This document shows positions 26,423 to 40,826 of a stretch of 64,000 nt of DNA, piece by piece. How positions within the stretch are numbered: the stretch's first letter is position 1; each line of letters starts with the position of its first letter. The stretch is from Octopus vulgaris (lineage: Eukaryota): the NCBI GenBank assembly GCA_951406725.2, contig OX597815.1:34968001-35032000 (forward strand), in the 5' to 3' direction. The notes beneath the pieces were generated by a model that saw only the letters and a program-made list of their open reading frames with translations, was not told the origin of the DNA and made no database searches. The position numbers were made by a program, and so were the translations under genes.

Positions 26423-26650
26423 GGAGGCGCGTGGCTTTGTGGCTAAATTGTTGGACAGCGATTTCAATTCTTATACCAGGCTATGCGTCCTTAGCTTATT
26501 GAACAAAAGACTTCATTTCACGTTGCTCCAGCTCAGCTGGCAAAAATGAGCAATCTTGCGACTGACCGGCGTCCCGTCCAGGCGGGGAATATATACGCCA
26601 CAGAAATCGGGAAACCGGCCCTATGAATCTATATGACTCGAAAGGAGCTT
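26423..26650 (+). mobile_element. SINE family 3 (tRNA head, V-domain-like centre)
   Basis: ggaggcgcgtggc...tcatttcacgttgctccag...tgcgactgaccggcgtcccgtccagg, homologous to 35464-35720. Confidence 0.8.
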
Positions 26651-26813
26651 TAATCGTTTTGGGGGTTACATAAGAGTTTAATCAATTTAATTAGTGTAAC
26701 TGTGGAGAGAATAGTTTAGCATTTTCCGTCCTTGTGCTTCGTGAGGAGTGAGGAAGAGAGAAAGAGAGCAAGAGAGCAAGAGAGAAATAGTGTAGTTTGG
26801 GTCGTTAGTTACT

Positions 26814-26866
<53 letters not shown>

Positions 26867-28219
26867 CTCTCTCCCTCTCTTAATCTCTCCATGTACTATA
26901 TATATTTTACTAGTGTCGGTGACCATGGATCTTCATTCGAAAGTCTGAAGGCTCATGAGTTTTGGTGGTGGTGGTGGCGGGGAGATATAGTTTACTCACG
27001 GTGAATTTACAATTTACTCTGTTAGTCCCCCTTTCGCCTAAGGCCTATTGAAGTCTCCCATTCACCACATGCGTATTTAACTCTTAGTTAAGGGAACTGG
27101 GTCACACAACATTAGGGCAGACTAACTCACCGGTGGATCTATGTAATACATGCCAGGAGGACATCTTTCCTCCGAAATCTGCATATCTTAGACACAGAAC
27201 CATCATATACTCTTTGACTCATTCTGGGATCATTGACAATCACCAGATACCAGACATTTGATACGAGATAGCACATCTGAGATTAGAAGCAACTTCTGAG
27301 TAGCTCCATACTCCTGAACTTTCTAGTTGACACCGCGATTACTGGATGCAGGTTTCTTAACTAATAAAACAAAAATGGGTTGGGAAAGTTGACACGAGCA
27401 GGATATAAAACCCACTAAAAAGGAAGACAAATGTAGAAAAATAAAGAAAATAATGAATATAATATGGTATTCATGTTTCTTCCTCCACACCAATTCTTGC
27501 TACGTCAATCTTTGAAAACTTTTCAATAGCATAATTCACAGAATTATTGATGACGTAAATACCCTATAAATACGTAATTATTCTATCAAACTTTTGTTGA
27601 TAAACACCAAAAGTTTTAATGATAAAACTTTCAAGGAGTTAGGTTATCAAGTACATAGTCTATATCCTGTACACAGGCTGCAAAGTCTCACGAGGGAAGT
27701 ACTGAAATGAGTTTTGTGCGACGTAAATGCTTTTCTCAAGAGCATCAATGACACTGTACAGTGAAATGACCACTATTGGAAATCGAAACTGGATCGCAAA
27801 ATCACCACACTAAACGTTTATCTACACTATATTTCCCTGTCAATATATGTCTACATATGGATTACTGACAGCGACACACAGTCATATATTCGAAAAATAT
27901 TTTCAAAGAAGATTGTGTGGTATTCATGTTTTATACAAAAAAAAAAAAATAGAAAAGGTATTAAGCCTGCAAGTGAAGTGAAATAGATTCATCGGAAGCT
28001 AACATTTATACAATGGTGCTCACTTCACAATATACTTCAAATAATAAGAATTGTCAGGATATGGAGATATATGTGTATGTGTGTCTGCGTGTGCTGTATG
28101 TGTGTGTGTGCGTGCATGCGTGTGCGTTTATACATACATATGTATGTATATAATTTCGTTGTTTTTCATCTTGATGTCATTGTTTGTCTCAGACAAAAGA
28201 AAAACTGAGTCGATGTGAG

Positions 28220-28476
28220 GTAAACAACAACAGGCGCATCATCATCATTATCATCATCATCACCACCATCATCATCATCATCATCAACAACAACAACAAC
28301 AACGTAAACAATAACAAGAACCACAGCTGCAAAAACAGTAAAACCAAAATTATAGTGACAATAACAATACCAGAATTAGTAGTAGTAGTAGTAGTAGTAG
28401 TCGTTGCGGCGGCTGCGGTGCTGGTGCTGGTGCTGGTGGTAGCAGCGGAGGCGGCAGCAGCAATATAGTAGTAGTG

Positions 28477-28518
<42 letters not shown>

Positions 28519-28521
28519 CTG

Positions 28522-28602
<81 letters not shown>

Positions 28603-28778
28603 ACAATGTTGTTGTTGTTGGTGGTGGTGATGGTAGTAGTAGTAGTTGTTGCAGTTATCGTGTTTCTTGTTTCCAGCATAATGATAATAATAATAATAAT
28701 AGCACAAGAAGAACAACAACAACGATGATGATGACGACGACGACGATGATGATGATGATGATGATGATGATTCTTTTA

Positions 28779-28855
<77 letters not shown>

Positions 28856-28911
28856 TAATAATAATAATAATAATAATGATAATAATAATAATGATAATAA
28901 TAATAATAATG

Positions 28912-28957
<46 letters not shown>

Positions 28958-29362
28958 CAACAGCAACAACAACAATAAAACCAACATAACTACCGGAACA
29001 TCTTTAGCAATAATAATAATAACAACGATAAAAAAGACAATAGAAATAAAAGTTAAGACAAAAGACAGCAGCAGCAGCAGTAGTAGTAGCAGCACCGCGA
29101 AAAACAAATAGCAGAATCATAATAACAGGAAGAACAAGAATAACAACAGCAATAATAATGCATAATGGATACCAATATTGTATAATTGTGGACTATAGAT
29201 TTACTTGTCTGATATATGACAGAGAAGAGACAAAAAAAAACATCATCATCATCGTCGTCATCACCATCATAATAAATAGCAGCAGTAGCAGTAGCAGCGG
29301 TAAGAACATCTATAACAACAAGAACAGCAACAACAACAATAACAGCATCATCATCATCAACA
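28220..29362. repeat. ~1.1-kb compound trinucleotide microsatellite (CAT/CAA/GTA/GAT/TAA/CAG)
   Basis: Direct inspection. Source of the poly-L/N/T/V/Y pseudo-ORFs. Confidence 0.95.
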
Positions 29363-29519
29363 GCTTTGGCAAAAGCATCTCTAAAAATGAATGCAAACTC
29401 CTGAAAAGAAAATTACAGCAGGAGAAAAAGAAATTCGATGGAATATAATATAAAACATTTCCCACTGACACGGACAGACAAACACACAAAACACACACAC
29501 ACACGCACGCACACACACA

Positions 29520-29557
<38 letters not shown>

Positions 29558-29676
29558 GACACACATACAGACACACACACACACACACACAAACGCTTTA
29601 CAGAGATACACATACACTGGCACAGACACAGACATATTTGTGTGCACATACGCATGTGTGTGCGTGTGTGTATCTA

Positions 29677-29726
<50 letters not shown>

Positions 29727-29938
29727 ACATACACACATATATATACATATATATATATATGTGTGTGTACATACACACACATATATGTATACATATGTAT
29801 ATATGTGTGTGTGCTTATATATATATGTTCATATGTATATATATATATGTTTATATATATATTATATATATATACATATACATATAGATATATATACATA
29901 CATATATATATAAGTATATGCATATGTATTTATATGTG

Positions 29939-29970
<32 letters not shown>

Positions 29971-30015
29971 TGTACCTCATATATATATATATATATATAT
30001 GTAAGTATATATATA

Positions 30016-30072
<57 letters not shown>

Positions 30073-30400
30073 GTATATATATACGCATAAATGTTTTTAT
30101 ATGCTTGTATGTATGCATAATGCATATGTAGCTGTAATGATGTCATTTCAAGTGTCATCATAAAAGAAACTTGCTTCGCCATTTGTAATATATTTTACAT
30201 TCATGCTAGCAAATGTGATGTCAACAACATATATATGCATAGGTATGTATGAACGTATGTACATATGTGCCTATGTATACCTGTTCCTATATATGTATGT
30301 GTGCAGGTATCTACTTATGTGTGTGTATATATATATATATATATATAGATAGATAGATAAATAGACAGACAGACAGACACACATACACATACACACACAT

Positions 30401-30452
<52 letters not shown>

Positions 30453-30457
30453 GTATG

Positions 30458-30495
<38 letters not shown>

Positions 30496-31012
30496 ATGTA
30501 TTTATGAATTCAGGTGGGAACATGGAGCATCCTAGGGTTCGTAACTCGACACACACTCTTAGACTGTGTGGGCATGGGATCCCTTACAAATGCCCGAGGT
30601 CAGGAGCACCCTATAGACCCTGCACTTGGAGTTCAGACTGATCTTGGATATGTGGGATTCCCAGACAGGCTGTAGATGGAGGTTCTTCTGTATCAAGAGG
30701 ACATTCATCCTCACCCATCTCCTCTTGTTCCTCCTCCTCCTCCTCCTCCTCTCTCCTCCTCATCATCATCCTCATCATCATCATCATCACTGCCATCACC
30801 ATTGCTATCATCATCATCCTTCGATATTCGTAGACCATGCATACTTTTATATCATCGATTTTATATTTTGTTTAATTTTTTTTTTTGTGTGTCTACATTA
30901 AGTAAAATATATAGATCGTTTGTTTATATACTTTTTGTTATTCGATTTCCTATGTAAATCTCCATATTTTATATATTTTTAACTGTCCCCTTCATCCATC
31001 GCCCTTGTAGCA

Positions 31013-31096
<84 letters not shown>

Positions 31097-31113
31097 GAGG
31101 AGGAGGAGGATGG

Positions 31114-31153
<40 letters not shown>

Positions 31154-31179
31154 AATAATGATAATAATAATAATAGTAA

Positions 31180-32200
31180 TAAAGCAGCTGTTGTTATAGG
31201 CAAGCTCAGAGAAGCAGCGTCCATTAAATTAGCTATCGACACTATCATCGAGGATCTTGACCCACAAGATATTCATAAATACTTGATTTAAACGAAGTCT
31301 TGCCACTATGAAGGAAGAAAGAACAAAGAGTTGCTACAGGAGAATGAGACTTGTACAGAAGATTGAATTTAGCCTTAAAAATCGCATCGGGGCCATTAAC
31401 GCAACAGCAATCCCAGCAGTCTCGTACAGTTTTAATATCATTTATTGGAATCCCACAGAATTCCAGCAGAAAGCAGTGGAGGGGTGAAGAATGATGCAAT
31501 TAGAACTCTACTATAAAACCTCTGCAAAAGAAATGAACAGTTATCTAGGACAGGGAGCTGGATACTGTAGTTTGTGTACGAACGTGAAAGCAGTAAAAAG
31601 TCGCACTCTGTTGTCAAGGAAGCTTGTAAATTCGCATGGGGACGTGACGTTGATTCTGGATGAACTTGAAACTGCTGCTCGCAAGAAAGTAAAACGAATC
31701 AAACAGAGTGCTAAAAAGAATGAGCAGAAACAACTTGGTGAACGGTGGAGTTAGAAGGTCTTGCATGGACAGTATATTTTCCGTCAAAATGCTAATGATG
31801 TCCAGGCAGGAATCCATCAGTAGTTGAGAATGTCAGGGCTGAAAGCAGAAACAGAAGGTTTCATACATGCAGTACAAGACCAAAGATTGTTTACCAGAAA
31901 TTACACGGGTCAGTGTAATTAAAAACGGTGCTAACCCAAAATTCAGATTCTGCAATTCACTTGATAAAACGATAGACTATCTCACTTCGGGCTGTCCTGT
32001 GCTAAGACCAAACGAAAATAAGAATCACCATGACAGATTAGGACAATATTTATATTGGAAGATATGTAAGCACTACCAAATACTCTTACTAAATGGTATG
32101 GACGCCATCCTGAGCCAGTGGTTGAGTGTGAAAAATGTCACCATCCTCTCGAATTTTCTGGTCAACTCTGACAGAACAACTGAGGCTGATTGACCACACA
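31180..32200 (+). mobile_element. R4/Dong-like LINE relic (post-RT region, CCHC, RHD)
   Basis: AINATAIPAVSYSF, LHGQY, GLKAETEGFIHAVQDQ and PKFRFCNSLDKTIDYLTSGCPVL..HHDRLGQYLYWKIC. Starts after a (TAA)-rich array. Confidence 0.85.
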
Positions 32201-32202
32201 TG

Positions 32203-32372
32203 GTCGGCATTTCGTCCGTCTTTACGTTCTGAATTCAAATTCTGCCGAGATCGACTTTGCTTCTTGTCCGTTTGAGGTCGATAAAAGAAGTACCATTTGC
32301 CTACAGGTGTCGATGTAATTGACTAGCCTTCTCACCCAAAATTTTAGGGCTTGTGCCTATAGTAGAAAAGAT
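32203..32372 (+). mobile_element. SINE family 2, 5'-truncated
   Basis: tttcgtccgtctttacgttctgaattcaaattctgccgagatcgactttgc...gtcgataaaagaagtacca. Confidence 0.8.
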
Positions 32373-32408
32373 AATTAAAATTATTATTGTTGTTGTTGTT
32401 GTTGCTAT

Positions 32409-32769
32409 TATTATTCCTGGACCAAGCGAGGACTGAGGCAGGCCCGTCAGTCGGGCAATGCGGTCGGTGGGTGTCCCACCTTGGAGTTCTACATAGCATT
32501 AGCGGCGAAGGTATAAAGAAACTAACAGCAAGATAGCGGAAATAATAGTGGTTTCTTTTATTTAGCGTATGTCAGTAAACAAACATGACAGAAAGGAAAA
32601 CCAGGATGAGATGAAGCGTGAGGCGGAGTAATAGAGGCAGACAGACGAATGTGTAGGTGAATGAGTGGATTGGGTGAAGATTCTATAACAAAGCTTATAT
32701 ATATAGAAAATATATGAACTGTGCAATGAAGGAAGTTTCTTTCATGTAAAACTAACTAATAGAATAACA
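32409..32769 (-). mobile_element. Possible solo LTR
   Basis: Ends tattattc / gaataaca (imperfect TG..CA inverted termini). TATA-like then AATAAA on the minus strand. Flanks ctat/atat. Confidence 0.4.
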
Positions 32770-33011
32770 ATATCAATGGTGAACTAGAGAATAACAACCA
32801 GATAACATGTTGATGACGATGTCGACGACGCCGACGCCACCGACGCCACCGACGCTGCCAACACTGCCGACGACAACGACGACGACGATGATGATGATTA
32901 CAGTTGCAATAATATATAATTACTGAATCTGGTAAATCGCTAAAGCAGAGTTAGGAAAGGACGGTGTATATTACGTTGAATACCCTCGATATGTTGCTGG
33001 TAGTTATGTAA

Positions 33012-33089
<78 letters not shown>

Positions 33090-33105
33090 TATGTATGTAA
33101 CCAAG

Positions 33106-33364
33106 CTGGGATCACCAAGCGTAGATTGGCATATTTTGGTCATATTATGCGGAGAGAATCCCTGGAGAAGGACATCATGCTCGGAATGGTCAGTGGCAAG
33201 AGAGAAAGAGGCCGACCAAGAACCCGCTGGCTTGACACCATCAGGAGTGATACCTGAATGGACATGGCCAATCTGAAGGAAGCGGCCCAGGATAGAACTG
33301 TCTGGAGGACACTGATCCAACGAGTGACCGAGAGTCGACTTCGACTGAACGGATAGAGAGAGAG
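33106..33364 (+). mobile_element. RTE (BovB-like) LINE 3' fragment with TSD
   Basis: GITKRRLAYFGHIMRRESLEKDIMLGMVSGKRERGRPRTRWLD..AQDRTVWR..RVTESRLRLNG*, then a (GA)n tail. 11-bp TSD atgtaaccaag at 33095-33105 and 33365-33375. Confidence 0.92.
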
Positions 33365-33568
33365 ATGTAACCAAGTGAAACGTCAATCATATATATTACT
33401 GTTGTGCCTTAATATATAATAAATTGAATTAGCTAACAGACAAATTTAGTGGAATTTGAATTATCCACAATCTGTTACTGGTATTTTTTATCAATCGAAT
33501 AGTCTTCCAAGACGGACAATGGTAGTGTGTGGAATCTGAGTAGTCAGATAACAGTATTCTTTGAAATA

Positions 33569-33769
33569 CAGGGTGGGCCAAAAGTCAAGCACCAAAACAT
33601 TTGACATGTTATATTATTTAATAATTATTTTGTCCACCATGTACAACGGTGTGTGTATTCATCATTTATTTTTATTTTATTTCATTCAATTTTAGAAAAA
33701 CTGAAACATATCTTTGACAATTCTGGGGCGTATCGAACTTATTTCTTGAGTGACTTTTGGCCCACTCCG
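33569..33769. mobile_element. 201-bp Tc1/mariner-type MITE
   Basis: TA|cagggtgggccaaaagtca ... tgacttttggcccactccg|TA. 19-bp TIR with 2 mismatches and a TA TSD. Confidence 0.85.
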
Positions 33770-34762
33770 TATGTCTATCAACCGTGGTATATAACGTTCC
33801 AAGTAGTGAGTGTCTCCAAACAACAAAAATGAAATCAAGGACAATTTATTGTAATACTGAAGTGGAGAACTACTATCCGCCAACTCTTGTTGTTCTACAG
33901 ATTTTGTTATAGCGAAGGGTTCCACAAGACCAGAACATTAGGCAAGAAAATTTTATTACCTTAAGAAAAATGAAATAAAAACAAAAAAAAAAAATGAAAA
34001 TCCCGTTGTTGGCAACTGCAGCCGAGTATGACCGGATAGCATGTATCATGCTTCCGGCAATTGTTTCCTTTTAAGGTTCCTATTTATTGGTGGGTCGATA
34101 TAGACCCCTCCTCGGTCTTTCTATTCACGATCCTGCGGAACATTGACGTTGTGACAGCTGGAGGAGAAGAGAGGACGAACTGCACCAGAGCTTGGCCAGT
34201 GTTCATTTTCATTTGAATAAACAAGAGTACGTGAAACGAAGTACCACTTGATCCAGGAAACAAATCTACCTTACAACTGTGACTCAAACACCCTAGCCAC
34301 AAGGCTTTCGCTTACTTTCAACTTCTTCCTTCGTATCAATATAACTCATGGGCAAAGGATATTTGTTACCGTTTAGTCAGGGAAGAAAGGGCAGTTGTCG
34401 TCGATCGAGTGGGACAAAGAGGTTTTTTTTCTAAAACCAGATACCCGACCCAAAGGCTTGTAACTGAGTGAAATCCACTAAAGGCTGATGTTGATGTTAA
34501 AATGCATGACGGGTTAAGTCTACCACCGAAGGGTGCAATGAATTGGAACAAATAACATAAGACATCTCGTCTGACAGACTGACAATTCTGCCATTCTGTT
34601 GTATTTCCGCTGTATTGAAATACTGTCAAATACTACAAATGTTTAACATTGCAAGCAGCGATGATTCGGTGTCTCATTGGACAGGTTTAGATAAAAATGT
34701 TGAAATTTCAAACTGTATATAAAAGAAATAGAACAATTAAAATGATATATTCTATACTCATC

Positions 34763-35273
<511 letters not shown>

Positions 35274-35463
35274 ACAGATAAACGATTTCAAGCATGTAGT
35301 AAATGCCCAATTCCATTCCACCAAAATATAAAGAGCCAACCAAGTTGCCCGACTCACTAAATATAGCCTCCAAGTCTGTAAAAAACCACACAATGCCACC
35401 TTAAAATAGGAAGGACAGATTGGGTGATGTAATTTTTGATACGCTATACTTAAAACTATACGT

Positions 35464-35720
35464 GGAGGCGCGTAGCTTAGTGGTTAGGGTGTCAGCATCA
35501 TGATCGTAAGATTGTCGTTTCGATTCCTGGACAGGGCGACGCGCTGTGTTCTTGAGCAAAACTCTTCATTTCACGTTGCTCCAGTCCACTCAGCTGGCAA
35601 AAATGAGTAACACTGCGATGGACTGGCATTCCGTCCAGCTGGAGAACGCATACGCCATAGAAACCGGTAAACCGGGCCCATGATTCTGGCTAGGCTTTAA
35701 AAGGCTGCATTTATTATTTA
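35464..35720 (+). mobile_element. SINE family 3, full length
   Basis: A box tagcttagtgg, B box gtttcgattcc, V-like ctgcgatggactggc.tccgtccag and (ttta) tail. Confidence 0.85.
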
Positions 35721-36274
35721 TTAAACTTAAAATTACAAAGATGGTCGTAGCTGCAACGCGTTCGATCATAGGTTTTCTCAATCTATACTTGCCTAGAGTA
35801 AGACAAACGAGTAAAGAAAGAAAAAATCAAAATTTAGTTTTGTTTCAGCAGATTAGATTTTCAAGCATTTTAGATTTTCAAAGTTCTTCACCAAAACATG
35901 TTAGAATTTAACACCTGAATGCTTTTCTAGATGTCCCACTTGGCTACAAGAGTGATGTAGTGTATTACATAACCACTGAACTGTTTTTCTCAGCTGAAGC
36001 AGTTTGGTTTCTTGGAGTGAAAGAAATATTACATGTGTGGCTGAGTCTGATATTCCGACTGTAGTTCTTTTTTCTTTTGACTAAATTTTAGGGCTAATTA
36101 CCCGTTAGAAAAAAATTAAACGGTTACAGAATTTGTGATTCTGGTCATGGATAATTTAACGGCCTCGTTTAGTTATTCAAAGTTATACTGAAACTTGGAA
36201 AACTTTGCCCATTTCAGATATTATTCTTTATTTTTATTTTTATTTTTTTATCTTTACTTTTTTTTCTGTGATAG

Positions 36275-36480
36275 GACTGCTGCCATGCTGGGGCATCGCC
36301 TTGAAGAGTTGAGGCGAACAAATCTACAGAAAGAACATTTTTAAACAATTCTCGTACTTAATCTGTCGCCTTCTTTTGGCGAACAGCGTGTTTGCAGGGA
36401 GGTAAACAAACGAACACCGATTCTCAAGCGGTGGGGAGGACAAACTCAAACTCAAAGATACACACGCGCGCACACTCAAA
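36275..36480 (-). mobile_element. SINE family 1, degenerate 3' half
   Basis: gactgctgccatgctggggcatcgccttgaag...gtactta..tcttttggcgaac. Confidence 0.6.
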
Positions 36481-37334
36481 CACACACCACTCTCTTTCTC
36501 TCTCGCTCTATCTATCTTTATTTCTCTCTGCCTATCCCTCTTTCTCTCCCTTACACACACATATTATTTGAAAACATTTAAAGTCTTCATTACTGTTATT
36601 CTCTTATTGTTTTCCAATTCACTTTTTTTTTTTTTGCCTCCTTCGTTTAGTTTGCCACGAAAAACTGATCGAAATTTGAATCTGTGAAGATTTGAGATTG
36701 TGTCATTATTGAATGGAACTGGACAAATTGATACGACATTGTCATTGGTTATCATATTGATGTATTAAGATTTAGTTACACAAGTTCTAGTATTTTGAAG
36801 ACCTACTTATATACGATTCTCAACTTGATTTTTGCCATTTTGGAGTGGCGACCTCGATACAAGTTTTACGTAACAAAAAAGATAAACACTTTGCCACTCT
36901 TTTGAAAACAATATAATATGTAATACCTTTGAGTGGTTCCAATAGTCTAAACCAATCATACCGTTAACGATTTAACTGACTGGTCTTTGAAGAACTTCAG
37001 GTGATTGATTGACAGAAAGAACAAAGCAAAAAGATAAAAGATACTACTTTTTGTACGTACAAGATGTTGATATCTGACAACACATTCAATGTTGGCTTAA
37101 CATTTCTGGATATACTCTGTAGAATAGTGTAGCAACAAAAGAAAAATATATTATGGTTTTTAGTTACGTGACTTAATTCCGAGTTCAAATCCCTTTGACT
37201 TCCACTTTGACTGTCATTCTTCCAAGATCCATAAAATTAGTATTAGTTAAGTACTGGTTCGATTTTATCGACCATATTCGCTATCCTAAAACCTCGATTT
37301 AGAGTACATGCTAGAAATCATTGTGTTATATATA

Positions 37335-37423
<89 letters not shown>

Positions 37424-37490
37424 ATGTATGTATGTATGTATGTATGTATGTATGTATGTATGTATGTATGTATGTATGTATGTATGTATG

Positions 37491-37610
<120 letters not shown>

Positions 37611-37619
37611 ACAAAAATT

Positions 37620-37880
37620 TAAAAAGAAAGACGAAGAAGAGGTAAGAAACAAGGAGAATTAGGTTGACGGTCAGGAAACCTGGAAGAAATCCTTAAGGTT
37701 TCGAGCATACACTCTTCTACGAAAAGGATAGATGGGGAGAGAAAAATAGAGAGAGAAGAACAAGCGAGTCTCAAATAGATGGTCAGCGCATCCTGAAATG
37801 ATTGGAATAAGAAGTTGACTTCAGACGGGGTGGGGGAAGCCAGAAGGACAAGTATGACGGTGACCTGGCATGTGCATGAG
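37620..37880 (-). mobile_element. Diverged hammerhead-bearing repeat
   Basis: Minus strand ...tCGTAGA-A-GAGT-gtat-GCTC-GAAA-CC-TT-aagg (37727-37691), with flanking layout like 20767-21060. Confidence 0.55.
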
Positions 37881-37970
37881 CGCGCGTGGGCGTGCGTGTG
37901 AGCTAGCGCGCGCATGTATGTATTTAGCTATTGTGTGCGTGTACACTCCATATATATGAATATTATATAT

Positions 37971-38021
<51 letters not shown>

Positions 38022-38296
38022 CATCACCATTGGACTTTATAAAATACAAAACGGATCGAAAAATTAAATGATAGGAAGATATCGTTATACCACTGGGTTT
38101 AAGCGACAAAAGTTTGTACAACAATTTGCCACTACTCTTGCTCGCCTTATTAGGTTCCAGTGACAAGCATTGCGAGATAACAGGTACTCTTTTGACTGCA
38201 AGTTTTATGTCAGAGTATCTTTCTCCTAGAAGAGCCGCATTCCCTACGGTTTTGTCAAAAACGACGGGAGCCTCCTCTACTCGCAAAAAATCTATT

Positions 38297-38420
38297 TAAC
38301 CCATAGACGGGACCCTGACAGGTCCCACAATTCCAGGTCAGAACGGATCTAGGAGTAATGGCAATTAAAGCGTGACTCTGCTCCCCACAACCTCAGAACT
38401 CCCGAATTGGAACCTCACCA
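38297..38420 (-). mobile_element. Interspersed repeat fragment with RTE-5'-like block
   Basis: Minus strand ttgccattactcctagatccg.tctgacctgg..gggacctgtcagggtcccgtctatggg. Recognised from memory as a common octopus repeat. Confidence 0.45.
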
Positions 38421-38512
38421 CATATATATGCATATACACGTTCAAACATAATACCTACAATAACAAATATAACTCTGCATAGTAGAACTGAAGTATCTTT
38501 ATTTAATCTTAC

Positions 38513-38699
38513 CCTGATGGTTGTATCATGCGATCCACTGATCACAATATTGTGGCTGAAGAGATGAACACACCAAACACTCTTTTTATGACCCACAAGT
38601 GTTTGCTTCAGTTGTGCAGTTGACAAAATCCATACTTTGATCGTGTTATCGCAACTACCAGTAGCCAAGAGATCTTCGTACGTAGATAATGAAAGCACT
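38513..38699 (-). CDS. Internal exon (187 nt, phase 2 to phase 0) of a WD40-repeat protein gene, possibly F-box/WD (FBXW-like)
   Basis: Acceptor cgtctattttcAG (38701-38700) and donor AGG|GTaaga (38512-38511). Encodes VLSLSTYEDLLATGSCDNTIKVWILSTAQLKQTLVGHKKSVWCVHLFSHNIVISGSHDTTIR, with classic WD40 motifs (TGS.D.TIKVW, GH...VW, SGS.D.TIR). No F-box is visible, so the subfamily is a guess. Confidence 0.93.
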
Positions 38700-38737
38700 C
38701 TGAAAATAGACGAATACTTTTTGCGTTTATTTGTACA

Positions 38738-38925
38738 TTCTTTTACTCTTTTAGATATTTCAGTCATTTGACTGCGGCAATGTTGTTGAATTACCTTTAA
38801 AGTTTTTATTATTGTTCAAATTAATTCCAGTTTTATTTGTAAGAGTGGTACATATTCTGTCGATCTTTTTGTCGAAGCATTAAGTTATGGAACATAAACA
38901 AACACTACGGTGAAGAACAAACACA
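38738..38925 (-). mobile_element. SINE family 1, degenerate 3' half, ending ~40 nt upstream of the WD40 acceptor
   Basis: ttcttttactctttt..tttcagtcatttgactgcggc...tattctgtcgatc. Confidence 0.7.
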
Positions 38926-38939
38926 ATGATACGTGCACC

Positions 38940-39150
38940 AGTTGTGACTAAAAGCTAGATGCCTGAAACGTGAAATTGAATCGCTAATTGCAACCACTCA
39001 ACAACAAACCGTTAGAACGAACTTGATAAAGGCAAAGATTTTTAAAATTCAGCCAAGCAGCGAACGCAGAATGTGTGGAAAGTTGACGAGAGCAGTATAC
39101 TAGCTCAAAAATAATATAAACATAAGCACCATTGTGTTAATAAGGTGATG
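38940..39150 (+). mobile_element. R4/Dong-like relic
   Basis: LKREIESLIATTQQQTVRTNLIKAKI..RRMCGK..LAQK*YK.KH. Confidence 0.7.
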
Positions 39151-40101
39151 AAAGCAGTCGTAGTTTATATCTGCAAGAAAACAAACCCTAGTTTTCCAGC
39201 AGATAGTAACTACCAGAAAAGAATTAGCGTATGGTTGAAATGAATCCAAAATAATGAACTCTGCTGAAAGCACCCAATGATGGTCAGAATTAAATTGACC
39301 AGTGTTTTAAGATTACGTCACAATTTATTTATATCCTCTCTCAGTTGGGTTTTAAGTAATTTTTCTCGAACAATATTTGCTCAATTTATAGAGCAAACGG
39401 ATTTATTTTAGATATTGATATTGACTGGTGTAAATTGTTTCAGAGAGTGAAAGAGAGAGTCGGGGAAACGAGGAGAGGGGAAAAAGAAAGAGAGAGAGGA
39501 GAGAGAGAGTTAAAAAGAGAGAGGGGAGGGAAGGGAGAAAGTAGGGAGAACATGCGAAGTTCTAACTCATTTCGAAGTCAATCTAGGTCGAAATCACCAG
39601 GATACTTTAATCCGAAAAATGTATTTTTTTTAGCAAGACGAGAAATTCTTTGTTATAGTGAATTGAATTCATCTGACTTTTGGTGTTATGTAATGTATGA
39701 ATCTATACATAACAACATATGTGTATCTATACATACACACACAAAAGTGTGTGAGTGTGTATATGTATCTGAGTGTGTGTGTGTGTATGTGTGTGTGTGT
39801 GTGTGTGTGTGTATGGACCTCTGTGTAAGCTCCTAGTTGTATTACATACCCGTACATGTAGAAAGAATGTGCGAATATTTTATTTTCGATCAAAAACAAC
39901 TTTTATTCTTTCACGCAGTAGAAATATTTTGCCAGGAGCTATAACTATTATACTAAATTGACGTGACATGTAGTAGACACAATGGGCTGGAAGGAAGGCA
40001 GGGCGGGGTATGGAGACAGTAGACAGGTAAACATATGCATATACGTATACGCAGAACGAAAGTGCATAAATACATATAAACATATGGACAGACATACCAT
40101 G

Positions 40102-40132
<31 letters not shown>

Positions 40133-40566
40133 TAGAGAGAAATAGAAAAATTGACAGGTAAGAAAGAATATGGGTGGAATGAATGGAAAAAGAAAGAAAA
40201 GAAGAATGGAAAGAAAGATGAGGAAGAAAGAGAAGGAACGTGAATAAGCAAATAATAAATGAAGCAAAGATATAAAGACGGGAAGAAAGATAGAAAAAAA
40301 ATACAAAGAGAAGTAAAAAAAAAAATGAGAATGACAAACGAAAAGAAACAGTGCAAAAATAATTGGAGGAGATGGCAGAAGAAAGAAAGAAAGAATGGAG
40401 AGAAAAAGAAAGGAAAGAGAGAAGAAAGAGAGAAAGAAAGAAAGGGGAAGGAAAATGCGAGAAAGAATGATGTATGTATGAATAGATGGATAAATAGATA
40501 GAAAAAGATAGAGAGAATATAGAAAGACGGTAGGAATGTAGAACGAAGAGGCAAGATAGAAATATG

Positions 40567-40659
<93 letters not shown>

Positions 40660-40680
40660 GTGAGTGTGTATGTATGTATG

Positions 40681-40794
40681 CCATTATTCAGTTTATTTCA
40701 AAATTTCTTGACAATAAAGAACCGGTTTCTAACCTAGATCCAACATTCCTTCATTGAAATTTCAACATCAACAACAGGGTATTTTTTATTTGTT

Positions 40795-40826
<32 letters not shown>

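Noticed and set aside
28184-29448. Poly-L/N/T/V/Y ORFs and His-rich ORFs (18868-19059, 30626-30901)
   Set aside because: Compound trinucleotide arrays with no splice signals or domain context.
35464-35540. tRNA genes at SINE heads (also 24010, 43899, 49567)
   Set aside because: A/B boxes are present but the cloverleaf is incomplete, and each continues into a SINE body.
37963-38286. 107-aa minus-strand ORF just downstream of the WD40 exon
   Set aside because: No recognisable motif or convincing splice sites, and the two WD40 exons join without it.
38393-38767. 124-aa ORF as a single-exon gene
   Set aside because: Only 38699-38513 is WD40-like and bounded by splice sites. The ATG lies in a SINE tail and the C-terminus is intron.
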